DNA of 24,000 bases from Vibrio phage VP-1, in sequence record MH363700.1. One strand, written 5' to 3'. Below the pieces are notes generated by a model, which saw only the letters and a program-made list of their open reading frames with translations, was not told the origin of the DNA and did no database searches. Numbering within the stretch: position 1 is the stretch's first letter; the number at the start of each line of letters is the position of its first letter. Positions 14,801 through 23,112 of the stretch are shown one piece after another. The position numbers and the translations under genes were made by a program.

Positions 14801-15424
14801 TTACTTACGCATACCTTCGGTTTTTTCCATAATACGTTTTGCGATAACTGACTTGGTTGAACCTTTAACTCCAATTGATTCTCCCAACTTTTTAAGGTCT
14901 GCAATTGGTAGTTGTTCAAGTTCGGCCTGTGTGAATGTCTTAGGATCGGTGACATCAAAGCCTGTTGGCTTCGGTTGTTCATCAGTTCCGTCAGATTCAG
15001 GACCAGGTTTGTCGGTTTCTTCATTGCCTTCTTCACCTGGTTCATCAACATGATCTGTTTCGCCGGTTTCAGACGTGGTATCAGAATCGGTTGCCACGAG
15101 ATCTGATTTTCCATCTTCGTCAGGAACATGAACTGGTCCATCATTTTCTGGCTTGGTGTCGATATCAGAACCGTCTTTGGAATCGTCACCATCGGTGTTG
15201 CCCGTAGGCTTGCTTTCATTAAGTGGTTTTCCATACTTGTCATAACCATGAGTCTCCAGCAGTTCCAGCAAACGGTAAGCTTCATAAACACATTCTGGTT
15301 CTTTATCACCGTCACATGCTTCTGTACACCAACCCTTGTTGGTCGCAAATACCACTTTGCCATGTTCTTCGATCGAAGGTTTTTCAGCTAGCAGATGTTC
15401 TAGCAATTCTTTACACATATCCAT
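14801..15424 (-). CDS. Acidic low-complexity protein with C-terminal Rho-N/SAP-like motif, 207 aa
   Basis: Asp/Glu-rich centre (TDGDDSKDGSDIDTK...EPGEEGNEETDKPGPESDGTDEQ), then AELEQLPIADLKKLGESIGVKGSTKSVIAKRIMEK. Confidence 0.75.
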   Translation of the reverse strand: MDMCKELLEHLLAEKPSIEEHGKVVFATNKGWCTEACDGDKEPECVYEAYRLLELLETHGYDKYGKPLNESKPTGNTDGDDSKDGSDIDTKPENDGPVHVPDEDGKSDLVATDSDTTSETGETDHVDEPGEEGNEETDKPGPESDGTDEQPKPTGFDVTDPKTFTQAELEQLPIADLKKLGESIGVKGSTKSVIAKRIMEKTEGMRK

Positions 15425-15452
15425 TCTGGGGTTAACCTCAATTTAATTCAGA

Positions 15453-15486
15453 TATTAAAAAAGCCTAGTAATAATACTAGGCTTTT
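15453..15486 (-). terminator. Rho-independent terminator
   Basis: AAAAGCCTAGTA (15459-15470) / TACTAGGCTTTT (15475-15486), perfect 12-bp stem with T tail on the minus side. Confidence 0.9.
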
Positions 15487-15489
15487 GAC

Positions 15490-16089
15490 TTATGAAAGTT
15501 TGATATCCAAATTATTTGATTTGATCAGCCTTTGAAGATGTTGAAGTGGATTATCAACTCTTTGTAATTGTTCTCGAAAACTATGTTTCAAATTCTTTGG
15601 AACTTGACTCAAAATTTCATTAATTACAGTTTCAACAACAGGATTATTATTGATAGGTTTAGGTTTATCAACAATTTCAGTTGCATCCAAACCTGCACGA
15701 ATCCTTTTCCACATTGCATATGACTCTGAACGGAGTTCTAAGAACGTTTCAAACAAATTCAGTAGGTCAGTATCATAAAAGTTTTTATGTGCTATCACAA
15801 CAGTCTGTGTGAGCAATTCTGTAGATGATTTACCTTGATTTCTATTAATACATCTTTTCATTTTCATGAAATCATAGGCAGATTGTGAACCATTCTGTGA
15901 TAGTTCACGATAACAACTAATGATTGAATTGTCAAGATTTTGAACAACCCAATTTGTGATCTTGATATTTGCGTAATGAAATTTAGGTTCTTCTTGTTTT
16001 AAACCTTCTTTCATTACACTGTTCAACTCATTCAGGATGATTTTCAAACGGCGGTTGTAAGAACTGATAGTTGCATTTGTACTGCTCAT
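15490..16089 (-). CDS. Hypothetical protein, about 199 aa
   Basis: ORF 15490-16125. Start chosen at MSSTNATISSYN (16089) with GTGGAG upstream. Confidence 0.75.
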   Translation of the reverse strand: MSSTNATISSYNRRLKIILNELNSVMKEGLKQEEPKFHYANIKITNWVVQNLDNSIISCYRELSQNGSQSAYDFMKMKRCINRNQGKSSTELLTQTVVIAHKNFYDTDLLNLFETFLELRSESYAMWKRIRAGLDATEIVDKPKPINNNPVVETVINEILSQVPKNLKHSFREQLQRVDNPLQHLQRLIKSNNLDIKLS

Positions 16090-16097
16090 AATAAAAT

Positions 16098-16120
16098 GTC
16101 TCCACTTAGAAAGTAGAGAC
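16098..16120 (-). promoter_or_regulatory. Hairpin overlapping the Shine-Dalgarno of the 15490-16089 gene
   Basis: GTCTCCACTT (16098-16107) / AAGTAGAGAC (16111-16120). In mRNA: GUCUCUACUUUCUAAGUGGAGAC, with the GGAG paired and the AUG about 10 nt downstream. Confidence 0.55.
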
Positions 16121-16163
16121 ATCATATCAGTTAATCAGATTTTAAAACGTGATCCAGATCACA

Positions 16164-17681
16164 TTATGCAGGTTCTGAGAAAATACCTTCCATATCGACA
16201 TTGATACGACCTGCACGGTAATCTTTAGTCACGTCTTCCACAACAACGTACTTACAACAACGGATTTTCGCATCTTTGTAGTCAGTTGGAACAGACACGA
16301 TATCACGTGGGTTCAGTTTACATTTCAGGATGCGGTTACCAACACCATTTGTGCCAGCGTATGACGGCAAGTAAGATAGTGCACAAACATGTAGACCATA
16401 ACTACATGTGTCGTTCTGGTTCTCGTTAACACGGTTACGACGCATTTTAACCACAGCACCAACAGAGTTGTCAATGCTACCACTATGACAATCTTTGTAG
16501 TTTGAACGAACAGCTTTGAACACGAAGATATCACCATCTTCAGCAATTTCAATATCGTTGAACTTCATGAAGTCATAGATACGCTTAACGATGCTGTTAC
16601 TTGGGTTGTCCATGGTTTTATCCAGGAACTTGACCAAACGGTGTAAGTTTTCAGTTTCACCGTTCTTCATCATGCTGACGATACGCTTTGTGAAGCCCTG
16701 GTGTTCAATAGGCTCACCGTCAAATTCAATACGACCACGGACAATCGTTACACGGCCCAGGGTAAGTTCGCTGATTTCTTCAGGTAAGCTCATCATCTTG
16801 ATGGCATCATCCCAACGACGCTCTTTGATTGCCAGGCATGTCTTTTCAAAGTTTGGATGTGTTGCCGGAATCTGATGGTTTTTACCGTCTTTAACGATAA
16901 GAGCCATTGTTGAGTTCACGATGGTAGGCAGATCAGTGACTTCACCAAGGTTAGTGTCTTTAACCACTTGTGCTTTACTTGCCTTGCTTTCTTCAAGCTC
17001 GCGTTCAACAGGTTTGTCTTCATTGGACTCGCCGGCAAGTTCGACCATCAGTTCACGTACTTTGTTCGCAAAACCATCTTCGATTAACTGCTCATAAGTT
17101 GAATCTTTGCCGTCAGTTGTCTCAAGTAAACCCATCAACGTAAATGTTTGCAATGTATCTTCGTCGAATGTGTATTTCTTGCCACCAATTTCAAAAGTTT
17201 TGTTCGGGTACTTGGTACACATTTGTTCAACAGCTGCAGCGATACCTGAAAGTGTATTGTCTTCACCGATGAGTTTGATACATGGACCGTCACCGACTTC
17301 CACACAAGTTTCTTTGACATCGTTGATCATGACCACGCCACCGTCAACATCCAGGCCATACACTTTATGGATGGTGTCAGGGTCATCAGGGAAAACGAAG
17401 GTTGTACCAATCAACAGCTGCTTGATGCCAACCAGGTCATCACCTTGGATCGCGGTCACTTCATTTTCATGTTCAACTTCTTTAGCATCTGGGCGTTCGC
17501 CGCTTTCGTATAACTTCTTACCGCGTTTGTAACCAGATTCAGCAACGCCTGGCTTTACGTTGTACTTACGGGCCATAGCTGCACGGGTAGCTTTTTCACG
17601 ACCGAGCAAACCTTCAACAGCAAGGTAGATCTCAAGGTCTTGTGCATTTGATAACAGTTTTTGTCCAATTTTCTTGGCCAT
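16164..17681 (-). CDS. rIIB: rIIB-like protein, 505 aa
   Basis: C-terminal NPSNSIVKRIYDFMKFNDIEIAEDGDIFVFKAVRSNYKDCHSG...GAVVKMRRNRVNENQNDTCSYGLHVCALSYL matches rIIB-type proteins. Located directly downstream of the rIIA-like gene. Confidence 0.85.
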   Translation of the reverse strand: MAKKIGQKLLSNAQDLEIYLAVEGLLGREKATRAAMARKYNVKPGVAESGYKRGKKLYESGERPDAKEVEHENEVTAIQGDDLVGIKQLLIGTTFVFPDDPDTIHKVYGLDVDGGVVMINDVKETCVEVGDGPCIKLIGEDNTLSGIAAAVEQMCTKYPNKTFEIGGKKYTFDEDTLQTFTLMGLLETTDGKDSTYEQLIEDGFANKVRELMVELAGESNEDKPVERELEESKASKAQVVKDTNLGEVTDLPTIVNSTMALIVKDGKNHQIPATHPNFEKTCLAIKERRWDDAIKMMSLPEEISELTLGRVTIVRGRIEFDGEPIEHQGFTKRIVSMMKNGETENLHRLVKFLDKTMDNPSNSIVKRIYDFMKFNDIEIAEDGDIFVFKAVRSNYKDCHSGSIDNSVGAVVKMRRNRVNENQNDTCSYGLHVCALSYLPSYAGTNGVGNRILKCKLNPRDIVSVPTDYKDAKIRCCKYVVVEDVTKDYRAGRINVDMEGIFSEPA

Positions 17682-17707
17682 GGTATTTCTCCATTATGAT
17701 TCAATTT

Positions 17708-17731
17708 GGGACGATTGATTTCAACCGTCCC
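17708..17731 (-). promoter_or_regulatory. Inverted repeat between rIIA-like and rIIB-like genes
   Basis: GGGACGATTGA (17708-17718) / TCAACCGTCCC (17721-17731), 10 of 11 complementary with a wobble, no T tract. Confidence 0.5.
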
Positions 17732-17739
17732 TGTAATTA

Positions 17740-20499
17740 TTACTCAGTATCTTCTTTTGAAGTTTCTTCTTCAACAACCGCATAGATTGGATTGTGTTTA
17801 CCAATCAATTTGTTAAGATCTGAATGGTAGAATGTTTCAATCAGATTGTTTTCAGGACCTTTGTCCATGGTCTTGTAGATGTCACCAGGTTTGTATGACA
17901 ATCCACGAGCGAACAACTCAATTTCCAACATGTAAAGGATACGTTCATTTGCATGGGTATCTTCACGTACCATTTCCCAGGTCATAGGGAATACTTCACT
18001 GATCTGTTTTAACTTAGAGCGTGCGAAACGTACCTTGGCATCAATCCATTTCATAGTTTGACGAGCAGTATTCTTGTTTGAAGAAACAAAGTCTTCCAAT
18101 TGTTCTAGGTTGATACCATGCTTTTCAAACTTAGACTTGATCTCACTGTATCGTTTTTCCCAATACTTCTGTTCACGGTTTTTGCCACCATTACTGCGGG
18201 CATTGATACTGATAGCACCGTTTACTTCACGTGCGCTCCAACCCCAACCCTTTTCTATACGTTCCAGACGTTCAATCCATTTGGTGTCAACATCTGCAAA
18301 TTTACCAATGCGGTATAGCCAGCCAACCTCTGTTGTAAAGTGGAAGTTATTTTGGAAGTAAATGTGCTTCAAGTAACTGCGACACTCATTGTCTAGTTTG
18401 TTGACACGCTCAGTGAATTCTTCCATGGCTTCCTTAAAGGTTACCAACAGATGACGGTTCTCAACGCGAATCTTCTCGGCACTTGCACGAATACCCAGGA
18501 CACCTTGATAACGGGCATCCGAACCACGACACAACATGTACCATAAATGTTCAACAGCTGATGCAGACACACCTTCGTTTTGGATTTCAAAACGTGCCAT
18601 ATCAACGTAGATCCATGGACGTTCGTCATCGTCATTGAATATTTCGTCACGCAGAACAACAGGCGTCAGTTTCTTCCAGGAGTCTGGTGATGGTGACTGA
18701 CCGCCTGTGTACTTACTAATGCCTGATGATGCGGATGCAGAGAACGTCACTTTCGGCATCTTCAAATCACCAGTATACAAAGTAATCGGAATATCAACAC
18801 CTTCAAACCAATCATTAACGTGTTTGCGGAAGTCCGTGTCTTCATGCTTGGCAAACCATGGTGTCGGGTAAACCACTAATACTGGGGTGTTATATGCAAA
18901 TTGATCTGTATCTTCGAGCCAGTTCAATAAACGGGTCATTGCTTTAACTGGCTTGTCAACAACCAACACCTGGAAATTACCACTTTGGACGCGTTTTAGG
19001 CTCAAACCAATTTGGTTCGTACGTTTAACACCACCATTAGACTTAAATTCATAGAATCCAGTCGCAACAGTATTCTCAGTGTAGACCTTCTCCTGTTGGA
19101 TAAACGAACCATCAGGCTGCACCACGTCAATCATCTTGGTGTATTTCACCTTCGGACGTGGGAACACACTATCGCCATCAGTTTCACCAAAGCGTTTATA
19201 ACGTTTGTCCTGGATTTGTTCCATAGCTGATTCAAACAGCGTAACACCCCAACGCTCGCGTAGTTCTTTAACCGCAGTATAACGGTGAAGTGACCAGGTT
19301 GGTGAACCATCAGTGGATTCAAACTTTTTGTAAGTATCCATGATGTCTTTGATCACACGGTCTTTGAAAGAGTCCAGTGAATGACGGTAATGTTGGTTCA
19401 GGTTGTCAACAGTCCACTTCACATAGTCAAGCTGTTCACGAGAAGGTGGAACGTTCAGTAGACCAATAGGGAATTCCGTATATGTATCAGCACCCATACT
19501 GTTCAGAATCATGCGGATATCTTTATCCAGGTATTGAGTGTTAACAGGATATGCTACTGAACCCTGAACAGCATAGTGAGTTTTCACGCCATTTTCTTCA
19601 ACTTCAGGTTGCACGAACATGTTACCAATACGTGATGTGCGATCGTACATTTCAACATTGATTGGTTGCCCAAACAATTCAGGTTGCCATTCTGGTTCAA
19701 ATGAACGCAGTACACGTTCACAACCAGCAATCACACGTTGGATATCATGTTCCTGGATAACCATGCTCACTGTTAGGCCGTTGTACTCATCAGTTGCAAT
19801 CGGTGCAGGCTCACCAGTTTCAGGACATTTTGTAATCCAGTCTACCATTGGTTGGCGGTCTTCAGTCATGTACATAATGTACATATGTTTTTCACCGTTA
19901 AAACGTGACTCAACAGTGAATGTATCACACAATGCGTATGGACTCTTAGAACCAAGACCATATGCACCAGTCGTCAGGTTAGAGTTTTCTTTGGTGGATT
20001 TGAAGATTGTTTTGTACAAACCACCACGACGAACAGGGTGACCTTTCTCATCACGCAAGATGATCGGCTTGTTGGTTTCGTTATCAAAAGTAGTTTGAAC
20101 AGGTCCCATGATTTGGTCAACAGACAAACCGATACCAAAGTCTTTGAATACCATTGTTGGATCCAAAACACTTGGAACTTGGAGTTCATACATCTTGTCT
20201 TTAGGGGCATACCACTTAAGTTGCTCTTTATGTTGCTCCAGGAACTCCATACGGGCTTTTGCTGCGTAGACTGATGTGACAGGCGCGATAAGTGTTCCCG
20301 CTTGATACAGCTCGTTACGCTCGATATGTGCATCCTTCATGTTACACAGCATTTCACGTGGAACAGCAACCTGTTTGTCTGTGTAAAGACTAGCCGTCAG
20401 TGTTGCGAACAATTTGGCATCAGCCTCGACTTCAAAAGCGGAACCGCCAACTGCAGCAGATGATGACATTGCGTAACTATTTTTGTGTTGAATAGCCAT
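17740..20499 (-). CDS. rIIA: rIIA-like protein with GHKL-type ATPase domain, 919 aa
   Basis: EMLCNMKDAHIERN..., MVFKDFGIGLSVDQI, STKENSNLTTGAYGLGSKSPYALCDTFTVESRFNG are typical of T4-like rIIA proteins. Confidence 0.88.
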   Translation of the reverse strand: MAIQHKNSYAMSSSAAVGGSAFEVEADAKLFATLTASLYTDKQVAVPREMLCNMKDAHIERNELYQAGTLIAPVTSVYAAKARMEFLEQHKEQLKWYAPKDKMYELQVPSVLDPTMVFKDFGIGLSVDQIMGPVQTTFDNETNKPIILRDEKGHPVRRGGLYKTIFKSTKENSNLTTGAYGLGSKSPYALCDTFTVESRFNGEKHMYIMYMTEDRQPMVDWITKCPETGEPAPIATDEYNGLTVSMVIQEHDIQRVIAGCERVLRSFEPEWQPELFGQPINVEMYDRTSRIGNMFVQPEVEENGVKTHYAVQGSVAYPVNTQYLDKDIRMILNSMGADTYTEFPIGLLNVPPSREQLDYVKWTVDNLNQHYRHSLDSFKDRVIKDIMDTYKKFESTDGSPTWSLHRYTAVKELRERWGVTLFESAMEQIQDKRYKRFGETDGDSVFPRPKVKYTKMIDVVQPDGSFIQQEKVYTENTVATGFYEFKSNGGVKRTNQIGLSLKRVQSGNFQVLVVDKPVKAMTRLLNWLEDTDQFAYNTPVLVVYPTPWFAKHEDTDFRKHVNDWFEGVDIPITLYTGDLKMPKVTFSASASSGISKYTGGQSPSPDSWKKLTPVVLRDEIFNDDDERPWIYVDMARFEIQNEGVSASAVEHLWYMLCRGSDARYQGVLGIRASAEKIRVENRHLLVTFKEAMEEFTERVNKLDNECRSYLKHIYFQNNFHFTTEVGWLYRIGKFADVDTKWIERLERIEKGWGWSAREVNGAISINARSNGGKNREQKYWEKRYSEIKSKFEKHGINLEQLEDFVSSNKNTARQTMKWIDAKVRFARSKLKQISEVFPMTWEMVREDTHANERILYMLEIELFARGLSYKPGDIYKTMDKGPENNLIETFYHSDLNKLIGKHNPIYAVVEEETSKEDTE

Positions 20500-20511
20500 G
20501 ATTTTTCCTTC

Positions 20512-20545
20512 ATGATGTTTGGTTGATGAGGTAATTATAAAGTTG
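20512..20545 (-). promoter_or_regulatory. Candidate promoter and leader (TTTATAATTACCTCATCAACCAAACATCATGAAGGA)
   Basis: Perfect TATAAT (20534-20539 on the complement) followed by the CCTCATC.A.CAAAC leader motif upstream of the rIIA-like gene. Confidence 0.7.
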
Positions 20546-20548
20546 AAG

Positions 20549-20564
20549 AAACTTTTGAAGTTTT
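20549..20564. repeat. 16-mer AAACTTTTGAAGTTTT, copy 3
   Basis: Read directly. Lies between a terminator and the promoter of the rIIA-like gene. Confidence 0.95.
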
Positions 20565-20575
20565 TCTTTGAAGAA

Positions 20576-20605
20576 ATAAAAAGCCCCAGGAAATTCCCAG
20601 GGCTT
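20576..20605 (-). terminator. Rho-independent terminator
   Basis: AAGCCC...GGGCTT with internal pairing (20581-20605) and TTTTTATTTC tail on the minus side. Confidence 0.75.
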
Positions 20606-20610
20606 GTGGT

Positions 20611-20904
20611 TTATTGGAATGTTTGCTCGATGCATTCAAGTTCGAATGATTGACCACCTTCCATATCCAGGTTGGTAGACTTGGTGAAACGCCAGATTTC
20701 GACGACATTACCGTAATCCGCACCTTCAAACAGTTTTGGAATGTAACGTTCAACCTTATAGAAAAACGTCTCGGTCATTGTATCGACTTCGATATCAGCG
20801 AGTTCTAGTTTTAGATCCGACATTCGCAGGGCATCGTCAGTGATCGCCGAGCGCAAATGTTGCATGAACTGGACTGCTTCTTGTGTTGTGATAACTGGTT
20901 TCAT
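20611..20904 (-). CDS. Hypothetical protein, 97 aa
   Basis: Minus ORF overlapping the upstream stop by one base (TAATG), ending before a terminator. Confidence 0.75.
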   Translation of the reverse strand: MKPVITTQEAVQFMQHLRSAITDDALRMSDLKLELADIEVDTMTETFFYKVERYIPKLFEGADYGNVVEIWRFTKSTNLDMEGGQSFELECIEQTFQ

Positions 20905-21296
20905 TATTCACCCGTTTCTTGTTCTTCAGCGTCAAGCTGACGGTCTTCTTGTTCCTGGCGAGCAAGTTCTTCACGGATAGAATCCGCATCACGGTGAGTA
21001 CCGGTTTCAGACTCGTTCATACCGTATGTTTCGTTATACAGTTCTTCAAGCATTTCTGACTCTTGAGTCTGTTTATTAAACGTGGCAGAAACCTTGCCGC
21101 CAACCACTTTACGGATGTATTTAGGCGGGATGCCAAATTCTTTCTTGATTTCGGCCAAGGCTTCTTTCAGGTATTCCTGGTTACATTTGATCTGGAGCAT
21201 GGTGCTCTCAATGGTTTCAATGCGATTGTCATATTCTTTACGGCGTGGAGTACCTTGTTTTGGAAGTTCAAATTGTAGTGCTTGTTCAATAGCCAT
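20904..21296 (-). CDS. Hypothetical helical/coiled-coil protein, 130 aa
   Basis: RIETIESTMLQIKCNQEYLKEALAEIKKEFGIPPKYIRKVV suggests a coiled-coil DNA-associated protein. Acidic C-terminus. Confidence 0.75.
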   Translation of the reverse strand: MAIEQALQFELPKQGTPRRKEYDNRIETIESTMLQIKCNQEYLKEALAEIKKEFGIPPKYIRKVVGGKVSATFNKQTQESEMLEELYNETYGMNESETGTHRDADSIREELARQEQEDRQLDAEEQETGE

Positions 21297-21305
21297 AATG
21301 TTTTC

Positions 21306-21340
21306 CTTTAGTTTGTTTCGACACTATTCTAAAGCGTCAT
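21306..21340 (-). promoter_or_regulatory. Candidate promoter and leader (TTTAGAATAGTGTCGAAACAAACTAAAGGAAAA)
   Basis: Exact TCGAAACAAAC shared with 1565-1575 and the 8060s element, and a -10-like AGAATA. Confidence 0.55.
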
Positions 21341-21373
21341 GATAATTCGAAAATGATGGGACGTTGGCCCCAC

Positions 21374-22777
21374 CTAAAATTCCCAATCCGCAACATTTTC
21401 ACCTGTTGAAGTTGGGCCGTTTCCAATACGTACAGATTTCGCGTATTCGATTTCTTGCTCGGTCATGGTGCCAGCCTGTGATTCCCAATCCAGGTCAAAA
21501 TATACCTGGCGGTCGTTATCCAAACCAATCATGAAATACTTAAGCTTCGCCTTGTTACCGTAACGATTTTTGAGTACAGCTCCACGGGCTTGCATCATCT
21601 TAGCCAATTCATCAGGAGCCGAGAACGATACCATAAAGTCGGCAATTTTTGGGATACTGATCGCATCCGCAACGTCTTGCATATCGCCGTCAGATTCATT
21701 CTGCTTACTACGACTGAACTGGACTGCAGACCACATCGCAATATCAAATTCAAATGCAAAGGCACGTAACTCACGAGCAATTGAACCATAGTAGATGTTG
21801 GTTGAAGACATCAAGTGTGCTGGCAGACGAGAGCTTGCCATTTCACCGATATAGTCACAACATACCACTTTGATATTGTCACGACCTAAACGTTGAACAG
21901 TTTCGCGATAATGTTGTCGCATGTGACCTGTATGTGCACCACCTGCTGGATACTCTTTGATGATGAGTTGGCCCATCGTCTTTTTGCGTTCCTTGAGCTT
22001 GTCAAGTCTTGCCAAATATTCAGCTTTGGTCATACGTTCAAGAGCATCAAAGGTGATACCCATCAAACGACAGTCGACACGGTGACGGATAACAGATTCG
22101 GCAACCTCAAACGAGTAGTAGATACAATCTTCACCACGTTCAATCGCTTCTGCTGCACGGTCAATCAGAAAGGTTGTTTTACCAGCGTTGATCGAAGCCA
22201 AAACAATATTCAATGTTTTGGTTTGAACACCACCACGGGTAATACGGTTCATCAAGTCGATACCAAATGGGATCTTACTTTCTTCCTGGTTATGGAAAGC
22301 ATCATAGTGCTCGCCAGCCATATCCCAATAGATGTGACCAATCTCATGGTCAAAACGAATTGACAATGCGTCTTCAAACAACTCAGGAAGGTTCTCAGGA
22401 GTTAACTTGTCATCAGTTCCCTGATAAACATCGACACTCTTACTGATCGCATTGCTGAGTGCTTGTGCACGACACCACTTCTCACTTTCCTTAACCAACC
22501 AATCGAGTTGTTCAAGACCTGGCTCAATACCTTCCAGGACACCAATACAACTTTTCATTGCATACTCATTGAGCTTCATGTTTTCTAATGAAACAACAAG
22601 TGCATCAACAGTTGGTCTTTCTTCATACTCAGAAACAAAGTTGTCAATCAAACCGAAAACGATTTTTTCACCTTCTTCCTGGAAAAATTCCGCACGTAGA
22701 AACGGTTGAACCTTACGCATGTAATCGCCGTTATGAATAAGATTATTAATAATCATTTGGGACATAGCACTAGCCAT
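21374..22777 (-). CDS. DnaB-family replicative helicase (T4 gp41-like), 467 aa
   Basis: Walker A-like ASINAGKTTFLIDRAAEA, YYSFEVAESVIRHRVDCRLMGI, Walker B-like VCCDYIGEMAS, and SKQNESDGDMQDVADAISIPKIADFM. Confidence 0.92.
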   Translation of the reverse strand: MASAMSQMIINNLIHNGDYMRKVQPFLRAEFFQEEGEKIVFGLIDNFVSEYEERPTVDALVVSLENMKLNEYAMKSCIGVLEGIEPGLEQLDWLVKESEKWCRAQALSNAISKSVDVYQGTDDKLTPENLPELFEDALSIRFDHEIGHIYWDMAGEHYDAFHNQEESKIPFGIDLMNRITRGGVQTKTLNIVLASINAGKTTFLIDRAAEAIERGEDCIYYSFEVAESVIRHRVDCRLMGITFDALERMTKAEYLARLDKLKERKKTMGQLIIKEYPAGGAHTGHMRQHYRETVQRLGRDNIKVVCCDYIGEMASSRLPAHLMSSTNIYYGSIARELRAFAFEFDIAMWSAVQFSRSKQNESDGDMQDVADAISIPKIADFMVSFSAPDELAKMMQARGAVLKNRYGNKAKLKYFMIGLDNDRQVYFDLDWESQAGTMTEQEIEYAKSVRIGNGPTSTGENVADWEF

Positions 22778-22782
22778 GAAGT

Positions 22783-23112
22783 TTACCCCTTATAATACAA
22801 CCAATTCTTACAATCAGCAGCCTCTTGCTGCATGAACCCAGATAATATATCACCAGAAACTTTTGTGAAGTTTGGATCATTGTTTAAATCCAAATTTCTT
22901 GGGTTTTCCAGGATCTGAGTACGGAAAGATAGTCTTACACCTTCACCGTCTTCTACGAAGCCTACATTACCAACCAGGTAAACAACATCTTTATACTTAC
23001 CTTTGGTTATTTTAAATGCAGACAGTTCTTCGATACCACGATCGACTATTTCGTAAGGTGGGATTTTACTCCCACCAAACAAGTAAAGGTATAGGCGTTT
23101 AAACCAACCCAT
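22783..23112 (-). CDS. Hypothetical protein, 109 aa
   Basis: Minus ORF between the recombinase and helicase, overlapping the upstream stop. Confidence 0.75.
   Translation of the reverse strand: MGWFKRLYLYLFGGSKIPPYEIVDRGIEELSAFKITKGKYKDVVYLVGNVGFVEDGEGVRLSFRTQILENPRNLDLNNDPNFTKVSGDILSGFMQQEAADCKNWLYYKG

Noticed and set aside
14794-15363. Alternate minus-frame ORF of 189 aa
   Set aside because: Out-of-frame overlap with the acidic protein ORF 14801-15424. The latter has a recognisable SAP/Rho-N-like end and better composition.
17107-17532. Plus-strand ORF of 141 aa
   Set aside because: It lies wholly antisense to the rIIB-like gene, is Ser/Pro-rich as expected from antisense codon bias, and has no Shine-Dalgarno or neighbours on that strand.
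19619-20041. Plus-strand ORF of 140 aa
   Set aside because: Antisense to the rIIA-like ATPase, whose motifs are clear in this interval.
17740-20499. The 919-aa protein as an Hsp90, MutL or gyrase B homologue
   Set aside because: It has GHKL-like motifs but lacks TOPRIM. Its sequence and its position next to the rIIB-like gene fit rIIA better.
21893-22363. Plus-strand ORF of 156 aa
   Set aside because: Antisense shadow of the DnaB-like helicase.
22452-22709. Plus-strand ORF of 85 aa
   Set aside because: Antisense to the helicase N-terminal region with no supporting signals.
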